From Defluviitaleaceae bacterium (GTDB lineage: Bacteria; Bacillota_I; Bacilli_A; MOL361; Turicibacteraceae): a stretch of 24,000 nucleotides of DNA. The position numbers and the translations under genes are program-made. Position 1 is the first letter of the stretch. The number at the start of each line of letters is the position of its first letter. Of this stretch, positions 1-10,067 are shown one piece after another. Location of the stretch: contig WRKJ01000106.1 of the NCBI GenBank assembly GCA_009778135.1, positions 31,835 through 55,834 on the forward strand, read 5' to 3'. The notes below the pieces were generated by a model that ran no database searches, was not told where the DNA came from, and saw only the letters and a program-made list of their open reading frames with translations.

Positions 1-4
1 GGAC

Positions 5-487
5 ATGAAAGACATTCAAGCATTGATTGAAACATTAGACCATTCATCTATTTCTAAATTAGAATGGGTCAAAGGTGATCAAATCATTACATTAGAGAAA
101 GAAAAAAAGGAACTGCCTGTCGTCGTCGCACCAACAGTGAGTCCTGTTACAGGAGTCATTAGCGCAGGAGATGTCCCATTAGCACCAGTTGAAACACCGG
201 TACCGGTAGACGCATCCCAAAACGTTGTAAAAGCGCAAGCATTAGAAGCGACAACCCAGGTACTAGCACCGCTCGTCGGCGTTTTTTACCAAGCTTCATC
301 TCCTGAGGCGCAACCTTTTGTTGAAGTCGGACAAAGGATAAGCGAAGGGGAGACCCTTTGCATTTTAGAAGCCATGAAAGTGTTAAATGAAATTAAAGCA
401 CCAAAGTCTGGTGTCATTGTTGCCATTCATGTGAACAATGGTGATGTGGTCGAATTTGATCAGGTGCTCATGGAGATAGGTGATTAA
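5..487 (+). CDS. accB: Biotin carboxyl carrier protein of acetyl-CoA carboxylase
   Basis: 160-aa ORF; Ala/Pro-rich linker followed by a biotinyl domain with the EAMKVLNEIKAPKSG biotinylation motif; followed directly by accC. Confidence 0.95.
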   Translation: MKDIQALIETLDHSSISKLEWVKGDQIITLEKEKKELPVVVAPTVSPVTGVISAGDVPLAPVETPVPVDASQNVVKAQALEATTQVLAPLVGVFYQASSPEAQPFVEVGQRISEGETLCILEAMKVLNEIKAPKSGVIVAIHVNNGDVVEFDQVLMEIGD

Positions 488-1850
488 CATGTTTAAAAAG
501 ATATTAATTGCCAATCGGGGTGAGATCGCTGTTAGAATTATTCGTGCGTGTAAAGAAATGGGCATTGAAACAGTGGCTATTTATTCGACAGGAGATAAAG
601 AAGCACTCCATGTACAGTTGGCTGATGAAGCCATTTGTGTGGGACCTGCTGCTGCGGTTAAAAGCTATTTAAATATGGAAAATGTGATTTCTGCAGCTGT
701 TTTAACCAAGTCAGAAGCGATTCATCCAGGATTTGGCTTTTTGTCTGAAAATCCTAAATTCGCACGTTTGGTTACCGAATGTGGCATGGTCTTTATCGGT
801 CCTGATGCAGATGTGATCGAAGAAATGGGAAATAAATCTCGTGCACGTCAAGTGACCATTGCAGCGGGCGTCCCTGTTGTGCCAGGAAGTGAAGGCAATT
901 TAACGACTGCTGAGGAGGCAGTTGAAGTTGCAAAAACCATTGGTTATCCTGTTTTAATTAAAGCCACCAATGGCGGTGGTGGAAAAGGCATGCGCGTGGT
1001 GGAACATGAAGCAGATTTCATCAACTTGTTTAACATTGCTAAAAGTGAAGCAAAAGCAAATTTTGGTGATGACAGTGTGTATTTAGAAAAATACGTGGTA
1101 AACCCCAAACATATCGAATTTCAGTTAATGGGTGATGCTCATGGGAATTATGTTCATTTATTCGAACGAGACTGTTCCATTCAAAGAAATCATCAAAAAA
1201 TGATTGAAGAAGCACCGTGTCGTGGTTTAAGTGACAAAACGAGAGATGCCATGGCAGCTGATGTCATCAAGCTGGCACGTGCGACCAAGTATAACAACGC
1301 GGGAACGTTAGAATTCATTGTCGATAAAGACGAAAATTATTATTTTATTGAGATGAATACCCGTATTCAAGTCGAACATCCTGTGACAGAGATGATCACG
1401 GGTATTGATTTGATTAAAGAGCAAATTAAAGTCGCTGCAGGTGCGAAGTTATCGTTTACCCAAGCAGATGTTAAAGTGAATGGCTACGCCATTGAGTGCC
1501 GGATTAATGCTGAAGATCCGATGAATGGTTTCATGCCTTCTGTTGGGAGAATTGAAAATTTGATTCTTCCTGGTGGCTTTGGTGTCAGGGTTGACACGAT
1601 GATTTACCCGAATTACACCATCTCTCCTTTTTACGACTCAATGATTTTGAAATTGATTGTTCATGGGAAAAATCGCTTAGAAGCCATCAAAAAGATGCGC
1701 AGAGCCATTGAAGAGTTATTTATTGATGGGATTACGACCAATAATGAGTTTCACTATTATATGATGCATCATGTCGATTATGTGAAAGGTGATTTTGATA
1801 CCAGTTTTGTCGGCAAGTTTTTAGAAGAATTGGCAGAAGGAAAGAAGTAG
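488..1850 (+). CDS. accC: Acetyl-CoA carboxylase biotin carboxylase subunit
   Basis: MFKKILIANRGEIAVRIIRACKEMGI N-terminus, GGGGKGMR ATP-grasp loop, EMNTRIQVEHPVTE motif. Start placed at ATG 488 (second Met of the 480 ORF MINMFKK; counted as 489 within +/-1 codon uncertainty). Confidence 0.93.
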
Positions 1851-2009
1851 CTCGGTTTTTAAGTCGATATGCAAGGTGTAACGCTCAAACGAATCACTTT
1901 GAGCAGTATCAACACGCGCTAAAAGGGTTAAAAATTGAGGTGAAAACTTCACGCTGAAAAGGCAGTTGGGTTCTCGGTATTTCTACATTTATGGAAAGGA
2001 AGAAGTTAA

Positions 2010-2885
2010 ATGCTTGATTTTTTTAAAAACAGAAAGAAACAACTTAAAGATTTTCAAGGCGTCGTGCGGAGTCGCCAAGTGGAAGAAAAAGAAATTGATG
2101 TACCGGATGGTCTATTTGAAGTATGTCCCAAATGTGATGTACATCTTTTAAGAGAAGACTTAGCCATTGGCAGTTTCGTTTGTTCCGCATGTCAGCATCA
2201 TTTTCGAATGACAGCCAGTGCAAGGCTTGCATCGTTAATTGACACAGGGCGCTTTGAAGAAATGGATGCTGATTTAGTCAGCTTCGACCCGTTGGAAATG
2301 CCCGGCTATTCAGAAAAACTTGCACAACTACAGGCGCGTGGCTTAAAAGAAGCTGTCCGTTGTGGCATTGGAGACATTTCGGGTTTCACTTACGCCATTG
2401 CCGTCATGGATAGTCATTTTCTAATGGGAAGCATGGGCACTGTCGTGGGTGAAAAATTAGTGAACTTAATTGAACGTGCAACTGACGAACGGTTACCTTT
2501 GCTTATTTTTGCCACCTCTGGTGGCGCTCGGATGCAAGAAGGCATTTTGTCACTCATGCAAATGGCGAAAACGACAGCTGCCATTAAAAAGCATCAAGAT
2601 GCAGGGTTGTTATACATCTGTGTGTTAACATCGCCTACTTATGGTGGCGTCAGTGCTTCTTTTGCAACAGTAGCTGATATTATCATTGCAGAACCTGAAG
2701 CTTTAATTGGTTTTGCAGGTCCAAGGGTCATTAAGCAAACCATTAAACAAGTCTTGCCAAAAGGTTTTCAATCAGCAGAATTTTTACTTGAAAAAGGGTT
2801 TGTTGACATGATTGTCCCGCGCGTTGAATTGGTCAAAACCATTAGACGTCTTTCCAAGATGCATCGTGTGGGAGGTAGCAAATAA
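2010..2885 (+). CDS. accD: Acetyl-CoA carboxylase carboxyltransferase subunit beta
   Basis: Zinc-ribbon CPKCDVHLLREDLAIGSFVCSACQHHF and crotonase-like motifs (FATSGGARMQEG, SPTYGGVSASFA). Confidence 0.95.
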   Translation: MLDFFKNRKKQLKDFQGVVRSRQVEEKEIDVPDGLFEVCPKCDVHLLREDLAIGSFVCSACQHHFRMTASARLASLIDTGRFEEMDADLVSFDPLEMPGYSEKLAQLQARGLKEAVRCGIGDISGFTYAIAVMDSHFLMGSMGTVVGEKLVNLIERATDERLPLLIFATSGGARMQEGILSLMQMAKTTAAIKKHQDAGLLYICVLTSPTYGGVSASFATVADIIIAEPEALIGFAGPRVIKQTIKQVLPKGFQSAEFLLEKGFVDMIVPRVELVKTIRRLSKMHRVGGSK

Positions 2886-3823
2886 TGGATTTAAAAGAAA
2901 TTGAAAATCAAATTGAACATCTACGTAACCAGCTGGCTGGCCTTGACGAAAATGATGTCAAAATGCAAAAGTTGCGTCAAAACTTAGCGAAAGCCATCGA
3001 TGAGATGAAAGCAGAAGTTTACCAAAATTTAGATGCTTATGATAAAGTTTATTTGGCCAGACATCCAAAACGCCCCAATACTAAGTTTTATATTGAGCAA
3101 TTGTTTGACGATTTTTTAGCCTTTCATGGCGACCGTTTGTACGGAGATGATGATGCGATCATCGGAGGTGTCGCCATGCTAGGCGACTTGCCTGTGACCG
3201 TTATCGGTCATGTGAAAGGGACAACCCTTGATGAGAATGTGAAATCCAACTTTGGAATGCCGCATCCAGAAGGTTATCGAAAAGCCATCCGATTGGCTTT
3301 GCAAGCTGAGAAATTTGGTCGACCCATTGTGACGTTTGTTGACACACCGGGTGCGTATCCCGGCGTTGGGGCAGAAGAACGTGGTCAAGCTGAAGCCATT
3401 GCCCGTTGTTTGATGATATTTATGGGACTCAAAGTACCTGTCATTACTGTTGTCATTGGAGAAGGCGGCTCAGGTGGTGCACTTGCCATTAGCGGCGGTA
3501 ACCATTTGATCATGCTTGAACATAGCGTTTATTCTGTGTTATCTCCCGAAGGATTTGCAAGTATTTTATATAAAGATGCAACACGGGCCAAAGAAGCAGC
3601 AGGGATCATGAAATTAACCGCTGATGATTTGCTAGGCTTTGGTATCATTGATGAAATCATTAAAGAGCCTTTAAGCGGTGCTCACGAAGATCCAGAATGG
3701 CTCATCCCTGCTTTAAAAGAGGCTTTAACGTCGAGATTGTCTGAATTAATGAAGTTGAGTGCGGTTGAAGTGACGGAACAGCGTTATCAAAAATTTCAAA
3801 AAATGGGAGGGCTAAAAAGATGA
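2885..3823 (+). CDS. accA: Acetyl-CoA carboxylase carboxyltransferase subunit alpha
   Basis: FHGDRLYGDDDAIIGG, FVDTPGAYPGVGAEERGQAEAIA and VIGEGGSGGALAI motifs; starts at the accD stop. Confidence 0.95.
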   Translation: MDLKEIENQIEHLRNQLAGLDENDVKMQKLRQNLAKAIDEMKAEVYQNLDAYDKVYLARHPKRPNTKFYIEQLFDDFLAFHGDRLYGDDDAIIGGVAMLGDLPVTVIGHVKGTTLDENVKSNFGMPHPEGYRKAIRLALQAEKFGRPIVTFVDTPGAYPGVGAEERGQAEAIARCLMIFMGLKVPVITVVIGEGGSGGALAISGGNHLIMLEHSVYSVLSPEGFASILYKDATRAKEAAGIMKLTADDLLGFGIIDEIIKEPLSGAHEDPEWLIPALKEALTSRLSELMKLSAVEVTEQRYQKFQKMGGLKR

Positions 3824-4782
3824 GAATTTTAGGAACAGGTTCCTATTTACCTCAGAACAAACTCTCTAATGAAGATCTTTCAAAATTAGTCGATACCAAT
3901 GATGAATGGGTTGTTTCCCGAACTGGGATTAAAAGTCGTCACCTTGTCAAAGATGAAAACACGTCTGATTTAGCGACGAAAGCAGCAAAGGCTGTTTTGG
4001 AAACGACGGGTGTGGACGTCAGAGATATCCAGTTGGTGATCGTTGCAACGTCTACCCCTGATGTTTTTATTCCGGGGGTTGCACATCAAGTTTTGAAAAA
4101 TCTTCACATTCCCAATGCCATGGCTTTTGATGTCAATGCAGCCTGTACAGGCTTTATTTATGCATTAGATGTCGCAACGAGTTTGATGCAAACACATGCA
4201 TTTAAATACGGCTTGATCATTGGTGCAGAAGCCTTCTCAAAAGTGATCGACTGGCATGATCGCAATACTTGTGTGTTATTTGGTGACGGAGCCGGCACCG
4301 TTTTACTTGAAAATCATCAAGAAAAAAATCAAATTATTTATACGTCATGCACCGCAATTCCTGATGTTGATGATGTTTTGAAATCAGGAGGCATTGCAGT
4401 TAACAACCCGTTCAATCGCCAAAAAACCGACAATTTCTTCTTAGGCATGAAAGGTCAAGAAGTCTTTAAATTTGCAGTGCGTGTCGTTTGTGAATCCGTG
4501 AATAAAGCCCTTGTTGAAACAGGAATCGACGCACAAGCGGTTGACTATTACGTGCTTCATCAAGCCAATAGTCGGATTTTAGATCATGTTGCCAAGAAAC
4601 TGAGTGTGCCGTCGGAAAAATTTTATTCGACCCTTGAAGATACAGGAAACACGTCAGCGGCAAGTATTCCCATCGTGTTAGATGTGATGGATCGGAAGCA
4701 ATTACTTAAAAAAGGCATGAAAATTGTACTCACAGGCTTTGGTGCAGGCTTAACTTACGGTACCATCCTCATTGAATGGTAG
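3820..4782 (+). CDS. fabH: Beta-ketoacyl-ACP synthase III
   Basis: FabH Cys-His-Asn triad contexts: NAACTGFIYA, LHQANSRI, GNTSAASIP. Confidence 0.95.
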   Translation: MRILGTGSYLPQNKLSNEDLSKLVDTNDEWVVSRTGIKSRHLVKDENTSDLATKAAKAVLETTGVDVRDIQLVIVATSTPDVFIPGVAHQVLKNLHIPNAMAFDVNAACTGFIYALDVATSLMQTHAFKYGLIIGAEAFSKVIDWHDRNTCVLFGDGAGTVLLENHQEKNQIIYTSCTAIPDVDDVLKSGGIAVNNPFNRQKTDNFFLGMKGQEVFKFAVRVVCESVNKALVETGIDAQAVDYYVLHQANSRILDHVAKKLSVPSEKFYSTLEDTGNTSAASIPIVLDVMDRKQLLKKGMKIVLTGFGAGLTYGTILIEW

Positions 4783-4901
4783 ATCAATACGGACATCATT
4801 TAATAACATAATCGTGATGATAAAAACAATGCTTTTCTCATTGGTGCGCATACGACTGGTGAAAATCCCATGCACCTTTGAACTTACAGGAGGTTATTAA
4901 G

Positions 4902-5843
4902 ATGAAATTAAATGAGTTATTAGGGATTAAATATCCTTTGATTCAAGGAGCGATGGCGAATATTGCCACGGCTAAGTTTGCTGCAACAATTTCTAATGCA
5001 GGTGGACTTGGTATTTTAGGGGCTGGTGCCATGTATCCAGCAGATTTAGAAGTAGCTTTAGAAACAATTGTCACCTTAACGGACCAACCATTTGGCGTTA
5101 ACTTAATGTTGATGAATCCCCATTGTGAAGAAATGGTTCCCATTATTACAAAATATGCCGATCATATCAAAGTCGTCACCACAGGTGCAGGAAATCCAGG
5201 TCCTTTCATGTCAGCATTTAAAGAAGCAGGCATTTTAGTCGCACCTGTTGTTCCAAGTGTTGCACTGGCGAAACGGGTTGTAAAAGCTGGTGCTGATTTT
5301 GTCATTGTTGAAGGAACAGAAGCAGGCGGACATGTCGGTGAATTGACGACCATGGCATTGGTGCCACAAATTGTAGAAGCAATTGATGTTCCTGTTGTCG
5401 CTGCAGGTGGCATTGCATCTGGTAAGCAATTGTTAGCTGCTTATGCGCTTGGTGCCATTGGGGTTCAAGTTGGGACTTGCTTACTGGCAGCTGAAGAATG
5501 TGAGATTCATGACAATTACAAACAAACCCTCTTAAAAGCAAAAGATACATCGACTGTTGTGACAGGACGTTCAGTCGGTGTTCCCGTTCGTATTTATAAA
5601 AATAAGATGGCACGTGAGTACACGATGCTTGAAAAATCAGGTAAAACCCGTGAAGAATTAGAACATTTAACATTGGGTGCACTGCGTAAAGCAGTCTTTA
5701 ATGGCGACATGGACAATGGATCAGTCATGATCGGACAAGTTGCTGGGATGATCAACGAAATCAAGCCAGCAAAAGACATCCTTGAAACATTGTTTAATGA
5801 AGCTGAGCTGGAATTTGAAAAATTGCAACAACTATTAGGCTAA
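4902..5843 (+). CDS. fabK: FabK-type (FMN-dependent) enoyl-ACP reductase / nitronate monooxygenase family protein 1
   Basis: Start at ATG 4902 after SD aggagg; IQGAMANIATAKFAATISNAGGLGILG, VEGTEAGGHVGE, VAAGGIASGKQ motifs typical of FabK; located in a fab cluster. Confidence 0.88.
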   Translation: MKLNELLGIKYPLIQGAMANIATAKFAATISNAGGLGILGAGAMYPADLEVALETIVTLTDQPFGVNLMLMNPHCEEMVPIITKYADHIKVVTTGAGNPGPFMSAFKEAGILVAPVVPSVALAKRVVKAGADFVIVEGTEAGGHVGELTTMALVPQIVEAIDVPVVAAGGIASGKQLLAAYALGAIGVQVGTCLLAAEECEIHDNYKQTLLKAKDTSTVVTGRSVGVPVRIYKNKMAREYTMLEKSGKTREELEHLTLGALRKAVFNGDMDNGSVMIGQVAGMINEIKPAKDILETLFNEAELEFEKLQQLLG

Positions 5844-5937
5844 GTCGGTTGTTTTACACCGCTCCTATAGGAGCGGTGGCTACCTTTGGTAGCTCATATT
5901 AAGCGCAAGAACGTGCGCACATCAAGGAGTAAATAGC

Positions 5938-7032
5938 ATGGATTTATTAAAAATTAAAGACAAAGTGTTGGAAGTTCCTATTATTCAAGGGGGAATGGGT
6001 ATTGGTGTCTCCTTAGGTAATTTAGCTGGCTCTGTCATGCGTCAAGGTGCTATGGGAACCATTTCAGCAGCCAATCCCGGTTTTAAAAAAGCAAGTTTTC
6101 AAAAAAAACCATTGTTATCTAATTTAGAAGCGTTAGGTGAAGAAATTAAAAAAGCAAGAACGTTGGCAAAAGGGCAAGGGATGCTAGCCGTTAACATTAT
6201 GGTAAAAGGCACCAATTATGCAGCTTATGTGAAGCAAGCTGTTGCAAATAAAGTAGATGCCATCATTTCCGGTGCTGGGTTGCCGCTTGAACTCCCTAAA
6301 TTCGTCAAAGGGAGTCAAGTTGCCATTGCACCCATTGTCTCAAGTGGTAAAGCTGCTCAAGTAATTTGTCGCTCTTGGGAACGTAAACATGATCGATATC
6401 CTGATTTTATCGTGATTGAAGGTGCTGATGCTGGCGGACATTTGGGATTTACGAAAGAAGAACTTGAATCTGGCGACCATCAAAATTTAGCTGAAATTTT
6501 GCATGATGTGACCGAAGTCGTCAAGCCTTATATCGAAAAAGCGAAACGCGCCATTCCGATTTTTGTTGCAGGTGGCATTTATACAGGAGAAGACATTGCC
6601 AAGTATGTCAAACTTGGTGCCGCAGGTGTGCAAATGGGGACGCGTTTTATTGGCACCCATGAATGTGATGCAGATGACCAATTCAAACAACGCTTTTTAG
6701 ATGCAAAAAAGGATGATGTCATTTTAACGAAAAGTCCAGCTGGGTTACCTGGTCGTGCTTTAAAAACGTCTTTAACGACAACCCTTGAACAAGTAGAACG
6801 CGTCCCGATTAACTGGTGCATTGATTGCTTAGAACCTTGTATTCCGAAAACGACTGTTTACTGTATCAGTGAAGCGTTGATGAATGCAGCAGAGGGTAAA
6901 CTAGATGAACATGCGTTGGTTTTTACAGGCATTAATGGCCATCGTATTAATGAGCTCGTTAGTGTAAAAGAACTGGTTCACGAATTGATGCATGAATACG
7001 CTTTGAACATGGGAGGGTTGATCCATGCCTAA
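5938..7032 (+). CDS. FabK-like / nitronate monooxygenase family flavoprotein 2, with a C-terminal Cys cluster
   Basis: 364 aa; IIQGGMGIGVS, VIEGADAGGHLG, FVAGGIYTGEDIA, GAAGVQMGTRF motifs. Distinct from protein 1; carries CIDCLEPC...YC (CxxCxxxC plus a further Cys). Confidence 0.85.
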   Translation: MDLLKIKDKVLEVPIIQGGMGIGVSLGNLAGSVMRQGAMGTISAANPGFKKASFQKKPLLSNLEALGEEIKKARTLAKGQGMLAVNIMVKGTNYAAYVKQAVANKVDAIISGAGLPLELPKFVKGSQVAIAPIVSSGKAAQVICRSWERKHDRYPDFIVIEGADAGGHLGFTKEELESGDHQNLAEILHDVTEVVKPYIEKAKRAIPIFVAGGIYTGEDIAKYVKLGAAGVQMGTRFIGTHECDADDQFKQRFLDAKKDDVILTKSPAGLPGRALKTSLTTTLEQVERVPINWCIDCLEPCIPKTTVYCISEALMNAAEGKLDEHALVFTGINGHRINELVSVKELVHELMHEYALNMGGLIHA

Positions 7033-7945
7033 AATTGCTTTTTTATTTCCTGGACAAGGTGCCCAAGCAGTGGGGATGGGAAAAGAAATTTATGCGCATT
7101 TTAACGTGGCTCAAACGTTTTTTGATGCGGCCGATCAAGCGTTAGATTTTGACCTCAACGAATTGGTTTTTAATGGTCCCATTGAAACGTTATCTGAAAC
7201 AGCATACACCCAGCCAGCCTTGGTGGCAGTAGAAGTGATGTTACTCAAGGTTTTAGAAGAAAAGGGCATTAAGCCTGATGTCTTATGCGGTCTTTCTCTC
7301 GGTGAGTACAGTGCACTCGTTGCAGGTGGTGCATTAGACGGTATTGATGCTGTTAAACTCGTCCGTGCACGGGGTCAAATTATGGAAGCGGCATTACCTG
7401 CTGGTACAACATCGATGGCAGCTGTTTTGGGAATGGAAGTGGATACCTTACAAGCGTTGCTTGATTTGGCTGATGGTGTGGTCGAAATTGCCAATTACAA
7501 TACCGCTAAACAATTGGTGATTGGTGGTGAAAAATCAGCTGTGCTTGATGCCACGCGTTTAATCAAAGATGCTGGGATTAGGAAAGTGATCCCACTTAAA
7601 ACAAGTGGTGCATTTCACACCTCTCTTTTAAAAGAAGCAGGTCAACAATTGAAAACAGTGCTTGAAAAAGTTGAGTTCAAAGAATTGGTGACGCCAGTTG
7701 TCTTTAATGCAACAGCAGCGTATCAAGATCGACCACTTGTGGAATTAATGACAGCGCAGATTTCATCACCTGTTTTATTTGAAATGTCAGTGAAGAAAAT
7801 GCTCGCTGATGGGGTCGATACGTTTATTGAAGTAGGACCAGGCGCTGTTTTATCTGGCTTTTTAAAACGTATTGATCGACAGGCAACGGTGCATCATATA
7901 CATGATTTGCAAAGTCTAGAAGCAGTGCTAAAGGAGTTGGTGTAA
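7025..7945 (+). CDS. fabD: Malonyl-CoA:ACP transacylase
   Basis: FPGQGAQAVGMG, active-site GLSLGEYSALVA, GAFHTSL motifs; overlaps the end of the previous gene. Confidence 0.94.
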   Translation: MPKIAFLFPGQGAQAVGMGKEIYAHFNVAQTFFDAADQALDFDLNELVFNGPIETLSETAYTQPALVAVEVMLLKVLEEKGIKPDVLCGLSLGEYSALVAGGALDGIDAVKLVRARGQIMEAALPAGTTSMAAVLGMEVDTLQALLDLADGVVEIANYNTAKQLVIGGEKSAVLDATRLIKDAGIRKVIPLKTSGAFHTSLLKEAGQQLKTVLEKVEFKELVTPVVFNATAAYQDRPLVELMTAQISSPVLFEMSVKKMLADGVDTFIEVGPGAVLSGFLKRIDRQATVHHIHDLQSLEAVLKELV

Positions 7946-7946
7946 A

Positions 7947-8681
7947 ATGGGAAAAACAGCAATTGTAACAGGTGCCTCTCGCGGGATCGGTCGTGCCATT
8001 GCTTTAAAACTTGCTAAAGACGGCTTTAATGTGATGATTAATTATGCAGGAAATGAAGCTTTAGCTTTGGAAGTAAAAGCTGCCTGTGAACAATTCGGCG
8101 TCCAAGCAGAAGTGTGTCAAGCGAATATGGGTCGTCAAGCAGAGATTGAAGCGTTGGTTAAAGCGACGGTTGATACTTTTGGTAGGGTGGATGTGTTAGT
8201 GAATAATGCGGGTATCACGAAAGACAACCTCATGTTGAGAATGGCAGATGCAGATTTTGATGATGTCATTGATGTGAATTTAAAAGGCGTTTTCTATTTA
8301 ACAAAGGCTGTTTCAAAGCTCATGTTTAAAAAGCGTCAAGGTAAAATTATCAACATCACGTCGGTTTCAGGTGTCACTGGAAATGTGGGACAAGCTAATT
8401 ATGCAGCGAGTAAAGCAGGTGTGATCGGTTTAACAAAGACGGTTGCCAAAGAACTTGCACCTCGTGGGATTAATGTCAATGCGGTTGCACCCGGCTTTAT
8501 ACAAACAGATATGACCGACGTTTTAGGTGAAGACTTAAAGGTTAAAATCACAGAAAATGTCCCGCTCAAACGACTGGGAACACCTGATGACATTGCGAAT
8601 ATGGTTGGCTTTTTAGTCAGTGAAGCAGCCAATTATGTAACAGGCCAAGTCTTTCATGTCGACGGCGGATTGGTGATGTAA
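7947..8681 (+). CDS. fabG: 3-oxoacyl-ACP reductase (SDR)
   Basis: [12 protein letters not shown] cofactor motif, [15 protein letters not shown]-terminal [15 protein letters not shown]. Confidence 0.95.
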   Translation: MGKTAIVTGASRGIGRAIALKLAKDGFNVMINYAGNEALALEVKAACEQFGVQAEVCQANMGRQAEIEALVKATVDTFGRVDVLVNNAGITKDNLMLRMADADFDDVIDVNLKGVFYLTKAVSKLMFKKRQGKIINITSVSGVTGNVGQANYAASKAGVIGLTKTVAKELAPRGINVNAVAPGFIQTDMTDVLGEDLKVKITENVPLKRLGTPDDIANMVGFLVSEAANYVTGQVFHVDGGLVM

Positions 8682-8791
8682 AATGAACACGTCTCACATC
8701 ATCTCTAATGGGAACATGATCTGAACGTGATAGGCATGCTTTTATCTCGTTTTTGAAACAACAAGCAAAAATAATTAAGGAGGACATTTGA

Positions 8792-10030
8792 ATGTCAAGA
8801 GTCGTCATAACAGGAATGGGTGCGATCACACCAGTCGGTAATACGCTTACCGATACATGGGCAGCCATTAAAGCTAGCGTTTGCGGGATTGATGAGATTA
8901 CGCATTTCGACCCCATCGATCACAAAGTTAAATTAGCTGCTGAGGTTAAAGGGTTTGACCCCACAACTGTTTTATCCAAGCAAGAAGTTCGTAAACTGGA
9001 TCGTTTTTCTCAGTTTGCCATTGTTTGTGCAGATGCAGCGTATCAAGATGCTGGATTGACAGATGAGATAGACAGAACGCGCATCGGCGTCATGGTTTCA
9101 TCAGGCATTGGTGGAATTAAAACCATTGAAGAAACAGTTAATAAATTAACAGAAGCTGGCCCAAATCGCATTTCACCTCATTTCATTCCAAAAGTGTTAA
9201 CCAATTTAGCAGCTGGAAATGTGGCCATTCATTTAGGTGCAAAAGGCATTTGTCATACCATTGTCACTGCTTGTGCAGCTTCTACAGATGCCGTTGGCGC
9301 AGCTTTTCGTCATATTCAAGGTGGCTTTTCTGATGTGGTGATAGCAGGTGGTGCTGAAGCTTCAATTACCCCTGTTGGGATCGCAGGATTTAGTATTATT
9401 CGAGCAACATCAGAATCAACCGATAAAACAAGGGCATCCATTCCTTTTGACAAAGAACGTCATGGCTTTGTGATGGGTGAAGGTGCGGGGATGCTTGTGC
9501 TTGAAAATTTAGATCATGCCTTGGCTCGTGGCGCTAAAATTTATGGGGAAGTGATCGGTTATGGCGCAACTTGTGATGCTTTTCATGTGACCGCACCGTC
9601 TGAAACAGGTGAAGGTGCTATTCGTGCCATGCAAGAAGCCATTCAAACAGCAGGGATTAAACCTGAAGACATTGACTATATCAATGCCCATGGCACATCA
9701 ACGCCTTTAAATGATAAAACAGAAACCCAAGCGGTTAAAACTGTTTTTGGTGACCATGCTTATCAATTGGCGATGAGCTCGACAAAAGGCGCAACTGGAC
9801 ATTTACTTGGGGCAACAGGTGCGATTGAAGCCATCCTTTCAGTGAAAGCTTTAGAAGAAGGATTTTTACCCCCAACGCTTAATCATCAAGTAGCAGATCC
9901 AGCATGTGATTTAGACATTGTGGCTAATGTCGGACGATCTCAAGACATCATGTATGCCATGAGTAATTCACTCGGGTTTGGTGGTCATAATGCCAGTGTG
10001 GTTTTTAAAAAATGGACAGGTGAAGCATAA
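8792..10030 (+). CDS. fabF: Beta-ketoacyl-ACP synthase II
   Basis: [17 protein letters not shown], active-site [30 protein letters not shown]; SD aaggagg upstream. Confidence 0.95.
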   Translation: MSRVVITGMGAITPVGNTLTDTWAAIKASVCGIDEITHFDPIDHKVKLAAEVKGFDPTTVLSKQEVRKLDRFSQFAIVCADAAYQDAGLTDEIDRTRIGVMVSSGIGGIKTIEETVNKLTEAGPNRISPHFIPKVLTNLAAGNVAIHLGAKGICHTIVTACAASTDAVGAAFRHIQGGFSDVVIAGGAEASITPVGIAGFSIIRATSESTDKTRASIPFDKERHGFVMGEGAGMLVLENLDHALARGAKIYGEVIGYGATCDAFHVTAPSETGEGAIRAMQEAIQTAGIKPEDIDYINAHGTSTPLNDKTETQAVKTVFGDHAYQLAMSSTKGATGHLLGATGAIEAILSVKALEEGFLPPTLNHQVADPACDLDIVANVGRSQDIMYAMSNSLGFGGHNASVVFKKWTGEA

Positions 10031-10067
10031 CTTTTGCCAATCAAGCATTAAAAGGAGTGTATCGCAG

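Noticed and set aside
5302-5682. Minus-strand ORFs opposite fabK 1 (126 aa) and overlapping 5162-5413, 5235-5429
   Set aside because: Shadow ORFs of a confident coding region; no domain motifs or initiation signals.
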